Under the pieces are notes generated by a model. The model was not told the origin of the DNA, did no database searches, and worked only from the letters and a program-made list of their open reading frames with translations. A program made the translations under genes and the position numbers. A stretch of 64,000 nt of DNA, from the NCBI RefSeq assembly GCF_032191835.1, contig NC_083227.1:23188001-23252000 (forward strand), in the 5' to 3' direction. Origin of the DNA: Heteronotia binoei. Taxonomy: Eukaryota. How positions within the stretch are numbered: position 1 is the first letter of the stretch; every line of letters starts with the position of its first letter. Positions 49,741 to 62,824 of the stretch are shown one piece after another.

Positions 49741-52700
49741 TGTAATGTACCAGTCTTGGAGACGCGAGTAAGGCAACATAGTTTATTGCATGGTACAAAA
49801 CACGAGGTAAGAGAGAGAGCACGCGGGCCGGGTCCCGCATATATACACACCGGAACTATTCTTCCTGCTGGCCAGTCCAATGCTGGCCAGCCATATTTCC
49901 CGCCACTCGCTGTGATTGGCGGATGTTCCGCGCCCATCGCGGAGGCACCTGGTTGTCACAGTTGCCTCCGCGGCTTCTGCGGACTAACGCTCTTTCGATG
50001 GTGCGATATAACGAAATGGTTGCGAGCGCCATACATTATACCCCTCCCCCTTTAGTTAGTAACATAATCCTGGAGGTAGGCGGGAGGCCGGCGCTCTCGA
50101 GTTGAACGCCGTGGGGTGGCTTGCGGAGTCGTGGTCGCTTCGGCCCCCGGAGTCTCCTCGGGAGCCGGGGCATCAGTGGGTTGCGGGCCGAGTTCGGGGG
50201 TTTGGGTTGCCTCTGCAGGGGGAGGCAGCGTTGTGGATGGCGGCAGGGTTGTAGGTGGTCCCTCGGGTCTGGCCGCTTCCCTTGCTTCCGTGGGTGCCTC
50301 AGGTAGGGTCCGGCGGCGCATCTGGTCGATGTGCCGGCGTAGGATCTGGCCACCCTCCGTGGATACTTCGTAGTGGCGGGAACCCACGACCCGTAGCACC
50401 CGCCCTGCCAACCACTCGGGTCCTGTCGCGTAGTTGCGGGCGAACACTGGGTCCCCGGCAAAGAACCCCCTAGCTGCCTCGTGGGCCTCTGGGGATCCTC
50501 GTATGTCAGAGGCTCGGTCGGGGTGTAGCCTGTCCAGCCTTGTGGTGAGCTTGCGCCCCATGAGGAGTTCTGCTGGACTGACCCCCGTGACAGGGTTTGG
50601 GATGACCCTGTTGTCAAAGAGGAAGGCGGCTAGCCTATGGTCCCAATCGCCCTGCACGATCCTGCCCAGGGCCTCTTTGGTGGTGCGGACCATCCGCTCA
50701 GCCTGGCCGTTGGTGGCTGGGTGAAAGGGGGCCGACCTGATGTGCCTTATGAGGTACCTCTGGAGAAATGCCTGGAACTCTCCCGAGGTGAAGGCGGCCC
50801 CGTTGTCAGAGACCAGGGTGTCGGAGATGCCGTGGGTGCACAGGACCCGGCGCAGGGCTCGGATGGCGGCTGCTGAGGAGGTGGACGCCACAGGGAGGAC
50901 CTCCAGCCATTTTGTGTAGGCGTCCACGATTATTAGGAATATCTGCCCCTGGAACGGCCCCGCGAACTCTATGTGGAGCCTGGACCATGGTTTCCTTGTG
51001 GTTTCCCACCGTGTGGCCGGGGCGCTGGGTGGTTCCGGCCGCGATTCCTGGCACGCACTGCATCTCCGGACCCAGTCCTCTATTTCCCCGTCCATTCCCG
51101 GCCACCACACATAGCTCCTGGCTAGGGCCTTCATCCTCACTATGCCCGGGTGTGTTTCATGTAGCGATTCAAGGACCCTTTTCTGAAGGGGAGGAGGAAC
51201 CACCACCCGGCTCCCCCATAGCAGGCACCCCTTGTGGGCCGCGAGTTCCTCCCACCTCATTTTGTACGGCTTGAACTCCACCCCCATGTCCCTTTCTGGC
51301 CACCCCCTCACCACCTAGTCGAGCACCCTTGCTAGGGTTTTGTCTTTCCCTGTGGCCTTTGCCACTTCGGCAGCGTGGATGGGCTGGTCAGGGATTGCCT
51401 CTACTGACATCACCTGGTGTGCTGGGGCCGGGTCGGGTCCCGTGTCGGTAAGCGACTGAGTGCATCGGCGTGGCCCATCGCCTTGCCCGCCCTGTGTACC
51501 AATGTGTAGGTGTATGAGTTTAGGAATTGGTTCCATCTCAGCACCCTTTGGGACAGGATTTGGGGGGTTTGGCGGTCTGGGGCCAGCAGACCCAAGAGCG
51601 GCTTGTGGTCGGTCGCTATCGTGAACTTGCGACCGTACAAATAATCGTTAAATTTGTGAACCCCCGCTACAATCGCCAGGGCTTCCTTGTCTATTTGAGC
51701 GTAATTACGCTCCGCTGACGTTAAGGTGCGGGAATAGTAAGCGACCGGTACCTCCCGGCCATCCGATAGTTGGTGCCCCAGAACAGTGCGTACGGCGATG
51801 CATCGCATGCCAGGATGACCGGAAGGTGCTCGTCGAAGTGGTGGAGCACCGCGTTAGAGACCAGGACGTCCTTCACTGTCTGGAACGCAGCGGCTTGCTT
51901 CTTCCCCCACACCCAAGGAGCTTTTTTGTCCAGTAACCGGTGTAGGGGTTCCGCAATGGCCGCTTTGTGGGGTATGAAAGTGTGGTAAAAGTTGAGCACC
52001 CCCAGGAAGCTCTGTAGCTCCGCTTTACACGTGGGGGCCGGGGCTTGGACGATGGCCCTGGTTTTCTCCTCGGTCGGGTGGATTCCCTCTGCGTCCACGG
52101 CGAATCCTAGGAACTCCACCCGTGGCACCCCCAGCAAACACTTCTCCCTCTTCACCTTTAGTCCAGCGGTTTGAAAACGACGGAGCACCTCCCTGAGACG
52201 GTTGCTGAACTCCTCAGGGTCCGGGGCGGCGATTAAAACGTCGTCGGAAAAGGGCTGGACTCCAGGGATCCCTTTGAGGAGAGCGTCCATTATACTCTGG
52301 AAGATCCCCGGAGCCACGCTGACCCCAAACTGTAGCCGGTTCACCCTAAATGCCCCCCTATGGGTCACAATCGTCTGTGCCTCCGCTGTTTTGGTGTCCA
52401 CTGGAAGCTGCTGGTAGGCTTGTGCCAAGTCCAGCTTCCCAAAAATCTTGGACCCCGCGAGAGCGGCCAGGACATGGCTGACTACCTGGGTAGGGGTTAT
52501 CCTGGAGCGCCTTGTTGATTGTGCACTTGTAGTCGGCACATATCCGCACGTCCCCATTCGGTTTGACCGGAGTCACTATGGGGGTTTCCCACGTGGCGTA
52601 ATCGACCGGCTCTAGGACCCCTTGTGCTACTAGGCGGTCCAACTCAGCCTCGACTTTGGGTTTTAGGGCGAAGGGGACCCTCCTTGCCTTCAGCCGGATC

Positions 52701-54448
52701 GGTCTGACCGTTGGGTCGAGCGGTAGGGAGATGGCCGGGCCCTTGTAGCTGCCCAGCGACCCGTCAAAAACCTCTGGGAACTCTCTGCACACCTCCCCGA
52801 ACCCACCGGCTGTGACCGTTTGCGCCACCTCTACTCTGATTCCTAAGGGACCGAACCATGTGAGGCCCAGCAGGGTGGTCAGCGGTCGCTTGACTACCAG
52901 AATATCTAGCGGGCCCCTGAAGGACCCTCGCTCCACGTGTACCCTTGCCCACCCCGCGATTTGAACCGGGTTTTTCTGGAAGTCCCGCAGTACAAAATCG
53001 GCCGGCCGCAGCTGTCCCCTGTAGCCGGGGTATAACTTCCTCAGGGGCTCCTCCGCAATTATGGAGATGGAGGAGCCCGAGTCCACCTCCATGAGGCAAG
53101 GGGCCCCCTCTATGCGGACCGACACCTTAATCTTGTTGGGGGTGGTTAGGGGCAGGTTCAGTACCTGTAACGTGGTGGAGGCCGTGGAGTGGGACTCGGC
53201 AGCCTCGTGGTGTGTGGTTGGCCGCGGGCGGTGGGACTTGGCTCGGCAAGCCCGCGCTATGTGACCGGTCTTCTCGCAGCTCCTGCAGTCCCAGGTCCTA
53301 TACTGGCAGTCCCGACGGTCGTGGGGGTCGCCGCAGCTGGCGCATCTCGCTCTTTCGTTGTTGCGTTGGTTCAATCTTTCGTTCGTTCGGGGCCGTTGTG
53401 GGGCTCGGGAGGCTGGTCCTGAAGGCCGGTGCAGCTGGAGTGCTTCTCCCTCGTCCTGGTGGTGGGGGTCCAGCTCCTCGTGGTGGACGGCTTCTGACTT
53501 GGCCCTGGGGAACGTCCGGGTGGTGCGTTCGAAGGCCACGGCCTCGCTGAAGGTGCCCTGAAGGGTGAGCTCTTCCTTTGCAAAGAGCTTTTGCTGGAGC
53601 CTCTCGTCGCGGAGGCCCCAGGCGAACTGATCGGCCAGGGTCTCTTCCAAATTCGGGAAGTTGCAGCTTCCGGCGATCTGGCGCAGGGCGGCCAGGTAGT
53701 CCGCGGCTGATTCTCCCTGGGCCTGGTCCCTCTTGTGGAAGAGGAACCGGCGGGCCACCCGCGATGGCTGCGGCAGGAAATGGCCCGTGAGGAGGCGGAC
53801 GACCTCCGCGTACGTTTTCTCTGTGAGGCGAGCGGGTGCCGAGAGACCCTTTGCGATCTCAAAGGTGGCGGCCCCGCAGACGCTCAGGAGAACGTCCCGC
53901 TTCATGCTGTCCTCGGTTACTCGATTCGCCCTCAGGTAGCAATCGACTCATTCCGAATAGGACTCCCATCCCTCGGGATTCGTGTGGTCGAAAGCTTCAA
54001 TGTGACCGGTGTTCCCGCTGGGGCTGGCCATGGCGGCGGTCGTTGCGAAGTAGCGATTCAGCGATGAAGCGATGGGACGACGAGTTGCCCATGAGTCTCC
54101 TTCGTAGCCCGTTTGTCCGCAGGGCTAGGATCCCATCCTCGTCGCCACTGTAATGTACCAGTCTTGGAGACGCGAGTAAGGCAACATAGTTTATTGCATG
54201 GTACAAAACACGAGGTAAGAGAGAGAGCACGCGGGCCGGGTCCCGCATATATACACACCGGAACTATTCTTCCTGCTGGCCAGTCCAATGCTGGCCAGCC
54301 ATATTTCCCGCCACTCGCTGTGATTGGCGGATGTTCCGCGCCCATCGCGGAGGCACCTGGTTGTCACAGTTGCCTCCGTGGCTTCCGCGGACTAACGCTC
54401 TTTCGATGGTGCGATATAACGAAATGGTTGCGAGCGCCATACATTACA
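49741..54448 (-). mobile_element. Full-length Ty3/Gypsy element (Mag-like), 4708 bp, copy-B specific
   Basis: 300-bp LTRs at 49741-50040 and 54149-54448 with 3 differences. 5-bp TSD GTGGT. PPT next to the 3' LTR. gag-PR-RT-RH-IN from ATG 54031 to 50052 with two stops and three frameshifts. The empty site is at about 14332-14337. Confidence 0.96.
54130..54147 (-). promoter_or_regulatory. Primer-binding site complementary to the tRNA-Ser(GCU) 3' end
   Basis: Minus strand TGGCGACGAGGATGGGAT lies 1 nt inside the 5' LTR. It is complementary to the vertebrate tRNA-Ser(GCU) end ATCCCATCCTCGTCGCCA (recalled sequence). Confidence 0.85.
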
Positions 54449-55741
54449 GTGGTGATAGGGGAACAGTAATGGAAAGTTCTGTTTATATGGGGGAAAGAGG
54501 TCAGGGATGTACAGGTATGCCTCATATTATTCTATGAAATTTTGGTGGAGTGTGAGCCTGGCATCTCAGCTGGCCCTGAGGAAGAGCCCCAAGAACTGTG
54601 CCACTCTGACCTCCTTTGAGAAATGAGCTCTATGGTACTCTGGAAGGTTACAGAATGTAACATTGATCCATAGTCACATCCTCAATGTCATTTTGTACCA
54701 ACTGGATTCTCTGAGTTGAACTCAAGCGAAGATCCAAAGAGAGTTACATTAGTGTGGTTAGAAGATGCCTGGAGTACATTCATGCACAGCAGTCCAGAGG
54801 AAACTTTTATCTGTTTAAAACATTGCAACGCCCTCATATCTCTTCTGTATCATGACACTAAACACAGCAGTCTGATTAAGAAGATTTGCAATGGTGCATG
54901 AGAGAAAAACACACTCAAGTAAACTATTTTCAGAGGGTTGCTGTGCTGGTCTGTAGGAGAACAGCCCAGAGTGGGGTAGAAGGATTCAAGGTTCTCTAGT
55001 CCTAGTTGTATAGGATGAAAGGGAGCTTGGACTCAAACACTGAGGCCCCCCTCCAAATCTTTTTGGTGTCAAAGGAGTTGCTAGACTTGAGTCCACCAAA
55101 TTGAAAACAATGCCAAGACCACAGGTTTAGAAATCCGCTTATTGAAGAACTCAGCCAATGAAAACAAAACAAAAGTTTTAAACACAGAGAGCATTAAGAC
55201 AAACACAGCCAATCCATTCATTTCGGAAACAGATTTGTGCTCGATTCTTCTTAGTCATTTCTCATACAAAAGGGGATTTTAATCACCCAGTGTGAGGACT
55301 ACAAAATAGATATGATGATCAGAGGAACACTATAGATGATCCAGAGTCACAAGTGGTGGATATCTTGTATTAAGCATCACCCATAATGAGTAAGAATATC
55401 CCTGTAGATTTGGGGGTGGAGTGTGGCCCTGGACCATTCAATGAAGAGTCTGTACAGATGAGTGCTTAATGCATTGGGCTGGGATTTGGGGGGTGGAGGT
55501 TTGAGTCTTCCGTCTACTGAAGAATTTTTGTCTAGTGACTCCCGCTTAGCCTAACATATCTCAGTCATTGGGAGATAGAGATAGTCATGCTATCATGAAT
55601 AATTTTTCATTCTTTGCTGAGAGAAAATGATGGCATAAACATCTAGATGTATAAAACTGACAACTACGAGGAAAACCACAGCCGTAACGAGCTTGTACAA
55701 AAGCTGTCCTCTAAATGTTGCTGTGCTCTCTGTGTTTCTAG

Positions 55742-55969
55742 CTTCATCCTTTCCTGAGACACTTCCAGTTACACAACACTTCCATGGGTGGAATTGATTT
55801 TAGTGAAAAAGGGGACCTGGAAGCCAACTTAGACCTTGTGAACATGATCATCTTCCCCAACACTTCCATCTTGAGTATAAAAGTTGGGAGTATAGAAAGA
55901 CAGGCCTCTGGAGAGATGAAGCTGACCATTGATCAGGATGCTATTGTGTGGCCCACCTGGTATAGGCAG
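55742..55969 (+). CDS. Vmn2r: V2R-B exon 4
   Basis: 228 nt, open, AG/GT bounded. Confidence 0.92.
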
Positions 55970-56228
55970 GTGTGGAAATTCATTAATTTCTTTCTATTTT
56001 TAATAAGGATGTGTAAGGTATAAAGATTTGTTTAGTACTATACATGAAACCTCCATGAAAGTCGAATGAGCCTTTCATTTTAAATAGTAGTTATCAAGGT
56101 GGCTAACAATATGCACATGAAATGTAACATTTAATTACATCAATATTTTATAAAGACATATATATATTATATTGCCAAATGAATCAGTTCTCATTTCCCT
56201 AGATAATGCTCCTTGTCCTTATACATAG

Positions 56229-56355
56229 ATGCTGCCTGATTCCAGGTGTACTAAAAGCTGCCTCCCTGGATATGTGAAGGTGGAGCTGGAAGGAAGGCCC
56301 ATTTGCTGCTATAACTGTGCTGTGTGTGGAGAAGGGACCATCTCCACTCAGGAAG
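56229..56355 (+). CDS. Vmn2r: V2R-B exon 5
   Basis: 127 nt, all cysteines retained, AG/GT bounded. Confidence 0.92.
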
Positions 56356-57329
56356 GTGGGTGATGAAAGAAACGGACACCCCTTTGGGTATGGAGCAAAG
56401 AATCAGTTTGTTATTTTCTAAGCGTGCTACAACTTTTTGGACTAGTCTTTCTTTTCCAGTTTTCGAAGGGAGAGACTACTGAGTAAATGGAGGTGAGTGT
56501 GGAGAAAAGTTCAGCACCATCAACTTTTGTTGCTTTGAGTGGCATTTATGATTGTTAGGGCGATGCCATACACTGCGGTCCTTTGTGTGCAGGGTCAGTC
56601 CTGTCAGATAAATCAGGCTTGTATGCATACATTTCCCCCAAATCCTCTAGTATCCTAGGAATCCCTTGAGAGGCATGCAGGTGTTCCCTGGTACACCTGT
56701 TGATGTCACACAGGTTGTAGCTGAGTAGTTTTGAGCCATGTATTATTTCACTGGATTGGTGTGAGGATATAGTGGGATAATTTCATGAATTACCAACTGA
56801 AAGGTGGCATCCACATGCAATAGCCATAGGCAGCTGAATTGAATGTGTGACATTTTGAAATGCCACATCTAGTTTGAGATTTCATTGGTGGTGGAAGCAA
56901 AACAGGTTTCATGGTGTACCACGTGGTACCAGATAGAAAAGAAGAATAAAACACATTTTGAGGAATAGGCCTATTGTATCTAGCAGGATATTTCATTTCC
57001 TAAGCAATAGCAGATTTTCAGGATAATTAGACACATAATGGGTGATTACATACTGGCACTTTGGACTGACTCAGAGATGTCTCTGAAATCGAACCCCAAA
57101 TCCTTGCACACCCAAACATCTGCTGCCCATACCTGTCCTATATTCACCCTGGTCTTCGCATGTTGAATCAAAAAGCTACCACTTCCAAAATGGTAGCAAA
57201 TTTCTCAGCTGACAGCCAGTTGCCCAGTCGGCATCTGAAAGTGGTAGAGTGGATGCGAGGTGACTTGACTGTGTGAAAATGCCAAGCTGCTTCCACCTCC
57301 CCCCCCCCCCTAAAAACTGTTTGGAGGCA

Positions 57330-60300
57330 GATCATAGCCCTCTTCTAATATTGTTAAAAGAAGAAAGCAAAAAAATTAGATGGAGATTGAACATGCAGTT
57401 ACTATAAAAGGAGCAATTTGTTCAGGATGCAGAAAAAGATCTCAATTTTTTTTGAGGTGAATAAGCAAGAGGAAACATCCCCATGTACCATTTGGAATGC
57501 GAGCAAGTCATATTTTAGGGGAATAGCAATTAAAGCGAATGCAAGACAAAATAAGATGAAGAGACAAAAAAGTGATGGAATTAATCTTGACTCTTAAAAA
57601 TAAGGAAGATGGTTTGAAAAAAGATCCCTCAAGTAGTCTGAGATAAAATTGTTGCAACATCACTTGAATGTACTACATCTTGATGAGGTGATATAAAATA
57701 TTAGATATGCAAGACAAAACTATTTTGAGTGGGCAAATAAGTCCAGGAGATGGTTGTCTTATAAAATAAGAAAAAAGAAGGGGAATCATTTTATATATTC
57801 ATTATGAGAAAAGAAGGGTGAAAAAAGATTTCAAAAGAAAAAATCAAAGAGATAGTAAGAGACTTTTATAGAGAGCTGTACCAAAAAACAGAGATTAAGA
57901 AAAAAGATCAGATTGAATATTTGCAATCACAATGATTGCCAAAATTAAGTGATGAGCAAAGGAAGATATTGAATGATCCAATATCGATACAAGAAATAAA
58001 AGAACCCATGACAAATATGAAAAAGGGAAGGCTCCAGGCCCAGATGACATTCCTTTGGAATATTATATTACATTTGAAGATTGTCTCTGTGACGGAAAGC
58101 AATGGGTTAACCCTAAACTGAAGACGCACAGGGCCTGCGTCAGGTGACCTGAGGGTGGGGGCAAAGTGCTGAGAGCTCTCAGGGAGGGAAAAAGTTAGTT
58201 GAGTGAGAGAAACTGCTGAGGCAGGAGTTCAGTCAGTTGATGTCTGACAGAGTGGAGGCCTGTCAGAGAAGTCTGTCAGTGGTGAAGTCTGACAGAGACT
58301 GAAAGGGTCAGTTCGGGCCTGGTAGAGGCTGAGAGGACAGCTGATCCTGTGAAGAAGCTGGAGACTGGGAAGTCTTCCAGAGACTGCCAGCTTGACCAAA
58401 CCAGCCAAGAGGGCTGTGTGTGTGTGAGTCAGTTAAGACCGGAATGGTCACAGACACCAGGAAACTACTCTAAAGATCTAGTGAGGAGGTTGAGGGAGTG
58501 GATGTGGGTCTGAGATACCAAGAAGGGCTGAGAGGAGAGACTCCAGTTGAGGGGTGAGACTAGACACATCGATCCCAAGAGGCCAGACCTTGGCTAGAGG
58601 TGGAGAGTGAGTTGAAGGGAAACTGTGAACCGTGTAACTGTGAAAGATCCAAGAAAGAAAAAGTGATTGTAAGCTTGAAACAACTGAACAACATATAAGC
58701 CTGTGTAAATATCTCCCATATCCCCAGTTTAAGACTTTTTGTTACAATAAATCTGTGGTTTAAGTTAAAGTTCTCATGAGCCTATATATTTTGGGTAAAG
58801 AATAAACAAAGCTGCTATGGTCCCATCAAAAGAAACAAGTAAAAATACCCCGAAGAGACTAAAATATAGAGAACCAGTGAGGCCTTGAGGCGGGCGCTGC
58901 TATAGTCTCCTATTTCCATTCAAAAGATTGTTACTACATATCTGAAACTTTGCTGAAATACCAGGAACTTGGAAAGAGGCAAATATTACTTTAATACCGA
59001 AAGGAGAGACGAACTTAAAGGAAATAAAAAATTATGGGCTGATCTCACTGTTAAACAAGAATTATAAGATCTTTGTTGCAATTCATTCAAGAAGAATGAA
59101 AAGAATCTTACCTCATATTATTCATAGTGACCAATCAGGTTTTTTACCTCAGAGACAAATTAGAAATGACATCAGAACAATCTTAAATGTGCTGAAATAT
59201 TGTGCAGTATACAATACGAGAAGGCGTTTGATAATCTAGATTGACAGTTTTTATTTGAAGTATTGAAAGAGATGGAATTTTTGGAGACGTTTGGAGATAT
59301 AGTGCAAGCGATCTATTCTAATCAAAAAGCCAGGATAATTGTTAATGGAGAAATAACAGATTGTATTGAACTATGGAAAGGGACTAGACAGGGTTGCCCT
59401 CTGTCACCACTATTATTTATATTGCATTTGAAAGTTTTAAATATTGCAATTTGAGAGAACAAGGATATCCAAGGTCTTAGAGTAAAAGGGGAGGAATTTA
59501 AAGTACCATTCGCTGATGACCAAGTTTTTATACTGGAGGAACCGATAGAGTCAATCATAGCTTTAAAAGAAGAATTAAATAAGTTTGGGAAGGCCGCAGG
59601 CATGAAAGTTAATTTTGGAAAAACAAAAATGATAGTTAAAAATATACCTACCCAAATGCTAATGGAATTAGAAAAGAAATCCAACTTCCTAATTGTGAAA
59701 AAAGTACGGTATTGGGGGTACAGCTATCAAATAAGTGCAGTACCATGTTTGAGGACAACTATACTAAGCTCTTGAAAGATTTGATTAGATGGGGAAGCTT
59801 ACAGCTTTCATTTATGGGTAGGATTGCAGCCCTGAAAATGGCAATACTTCCCAAAATGATGTTTCTGTTTCAAGCAATACCTATACAATTTAAAAAATCT
59901 TTTATTCAGTCACTTAATAAAGTTACGAGTAAGTTTATTTGGCAGGGTCAGAAGGCCCGGATTAAATATAAACTCTTGCATGATGCTAGAGAGAGAGAAG
60001 GACTAGCATTAATAAACTGGGAGCTTTATTACAGAGCTTGCATCTGTAATAAAGATTACTACATCTGGATTAAAGATTGCATTACATCTTGCATCTGGAT
60101 TAAAGATTGCATTAAACTAGAAAATAAGAGATTATTAGCTCTTGAGGGGCATGATTTAAAAACAGGATGGTATGCTTTTTGTATGAAATTAGTGGACATA
60201 AATATTTTCAAAATAATTTAATAAGAAAATCTCTATTAACGGTGTGGGGGAAAGTGCGGAGGATGTTATATAATAAAATACCAAACCGGGTAGCCCCATT

Positions 60301-61415
60301 AGAAGCTTGCATGCAACCCAATTTATCAAAAAAAGAGACATTTATAAGATATAAAGAAGTGCTGGATAAAGAAGGAACACTGAAATCAAGCAGTGAATTA
60401 AGAGCTTAAAATATTATTTTAGACTGGTGGCCAATGACACAGCTGAAGTCAAGATATAATAATTATTAGATAATTTGTTTATATGTTCAAGATTGTTTAT
60501 TTGATAAGTCGCTATTAGAAAATGATGAAAAAATGATAAGTAAGGTAATATCTCCTCCAAATAGAAATACAAGAAGTTAAGGATGTGATGGTTAAATGGG
60601 CAAGGAATATAGGGTACAATATTAATTTAGAGCAATGGACACAAATCAGGAAAACTAATATAAAAATTACGAGGTCAGTGGCATTCATAGAAAATGTGTA
60701 CAAAATGATATATCGTTGGCATATGACACCAAATATAATTGCTAAAAATTGGATATCCAGGTATATCCAACAAATGTTGGAAGTGTGAAAATAATACTGG
60801 CACTAACTTTCATGTCTGGTGGTCCTGCAAAAAGATGAAAGAGTTTTGGATAGCAGTGCATGAACTACTACAAAAAATAATTAAAATAGCTATTCCGTTC
60901 AAGCCAGAGTTTTTTCTTTATTAAACCTATTACCCTGTAAAATGGAAAAGTATTTGAAATATATGATTTTACATATAGTTACTGCAGCAAGAATCTTATT
61001 GGCACAGTACTGGAAAAAAAAGGGAATTATTGTTAATGGATGAACTGATTATGAAAATAATGTAGATTTTAGAGATGGATACTTTGTCTAACATGTTAAG
61101 ACCAGTAGGGGAGAAACAAGAGAAGTTGAATTGGAATCTATTTTATGAATGGATATGTAAATATAAATAATGGTTTAGTTAAGAGAATTTTGCCAATTAA
61201 GAAACATTTTTGTATAAATCGTATAATTTGAAATGGGGGGTAAAACGAGTGATAAGTAATATAGAAATCACAATTTGTTTGAAACAGATGCATTATTAGT
61301 TAATAGTTGTTACCGTACTCTCCATCCTTTTTAATGGTTGTTGATGTGTGCTGTGTGGATGTTTCAGTTATGTTATGTGGTGTATTGAATAAACTTTTAA
61401 AAGTAAAAAAAAAAA
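57330..61415 (+). mobile_element. L1/Tx1-clade relic (paralog of 18600-22150)
   Basis: Fragmented ORF2 (GTRQGCPLSPLLF, CWKC...FHVWWSC) and an A-rich tail. Confidence 0.85.
58088..58904 (+). mobile_element. Solo LTR, 817 bp, copy-B specific
   Basis: Ends TGTGAC...GCTATA. 5-bp TSD GTCTC at 58083-58087 and 58905-58909. AATAAA near 58746 suggests the + orientation. The empty site gattgtctcctattt is near 19368. Confidence 0.9.
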
Positions 61416-61569
61416 CAGCTGTTGTACCATCAAATGTTGTACCAACAAATTTGTTGTACCATCTTGATCTTGTTGTGGTTTAATAATTTCATTCAGCTGT
61501 GAGCTATCTCCAGCAGTAATGCAGAGAACAAAACCCTTAATTAATCAATTGGTTATTTTTATCTGATTA

Positions 61570-62824
61570 AGGGACTGGTATTTTTGTGTACTTGAAACTT
61601 GCTATTTTACTTTAAATAGTTTTATTAGGTTTTTAGATAGAATAGGTTTAAGGGTATAGGGGAAGAGAAAAAAAGAAAGAAAAAATTAATATTGTTATAG
61701 CATTTCTACTTATACATTATTCATTTCATATTCTCTACATTCATTATCAATCATCTTATAATATTTTTCTGCATTTTCATCTTGTTGTTGTTCAGTCGCA
61801 CAGTCGAGTCCAACTGTTTGCTACCCCATGGATAATGTCACGCCAGGCCCTCCTGTCTTCCACCAAGTCTTCTCACATTTCATCTAATAATTCATAAACC
61901 ATTAACATCTCGGGAATCTCCTACTAAGACAAGAATATATTTTTATACGGCAATATTGATCACACATTATATTTTTTATTTTATTTGGGGAGTTTATGTA
62001 ATATACTGTAACCAGTTATAAAATGGTTCCTATGTTTTCTTTGTTTCATAAGGATTAGCATCTTTCAGCCTGGCTGATATCCATGTCTGCAAGCTCTAGT
62101 AGTTTAGCTATCAACTCTTCATTTGTCGATATTTCCTATGATTTCCAATATTTGGTGAAAATTATTCTGGCTGCAGTCACTGCTTGTAACAAAAACACCT
62201 TGGACTGTCTGGAATAATCCTCTGGTAACATATTTAGGAAAAAGAGCTCTGGTTTAAATCTGATTTGTACCTTCAAATTTTTTTGTAACAGTTCATGTAT
62301 CATCTTCCAATAGGTCTTTGCTCTATCGCACAACCACCAGACATGATAGAAAGTTCCTGTTGCAGACTTACATTTCCAACACTTATTTGCCATGTTCTAA
62401 TAAATTTTTGCAGATTTGTCTGGAGTTAGATACCATCTATAAAACATTTTGTAAATATTCTCTTTTAAGTGCATTGATCTAGTCATTTTTATATTACATA
62501 TCCACACCTTCTCCCAGGATTCCAGGTTTATATTATGTCCCAAATTTTGAGCCCATTTAACCATACAGTCTTTTTTATACTCTCATGTTGCATCTTTAGG
62601 TTCAAAAGAAAGTTATATATCTTTGTTATTAGTTTGTCTTATGGTTCAGACATTATCTTATCAAAAAGAGATTTTATTTTAGCAAAACCTATCACTTTAT
62701 CCTTTGCATATCTAGATTTATTTGAAGCTTTGTCCACCAATCTAGTGTTATATCTTGTTGAGTTAATTCGTCATCCGTCTTTAGGTCATTTACATCTGAA
62801 AGAAGGGACTCATATATCAATATC
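61570..62824 (-). mobile_element. L1 relic, antisense, with a BovB-tail fragment at 61782-61863 (paralog of 22330-23573)
   Basis: ORF 62136-62393 (CWKCKSATGTFYHVWWLC). Confidence 0.8.

Larger units (their letters stand above)
42849..56355 (+). pseudogene. Vmn2r: Vomeronasal type-2 receptor, copy B: exons 1-5 in the window, same TGA at 42891-42893
   Basis: Same exon sizes and splice sites as copy A. The first ATG is ATA (42840) and the second ATG is retained. Exon 6 is expected beyond 64000. Confidence 0.88.

Noticed and set aside
51315-51317. APOBEC-type G-to-A hypermutation of the Mag-like element
   Set aside because: There is only one TGG-to-TAG change and the LTRs are 99% identical, so there is no run of G-to-A edits.
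50036-54469. Many overlapping GC-rich ORFs on both strands
   Set aside because: They are alternative-frame or antisense shadows of Gypsy gag-pol. Stop codons are rare at this GC content.
40011-62824. Duplication as a simple assembly repeat of one sequence
   Set aside because: About 3% exon divergence and eight independent filled/empty insertion sites show two distinct sequences. A stitched-haplotype artefact is less likely but needs reads to exclude.
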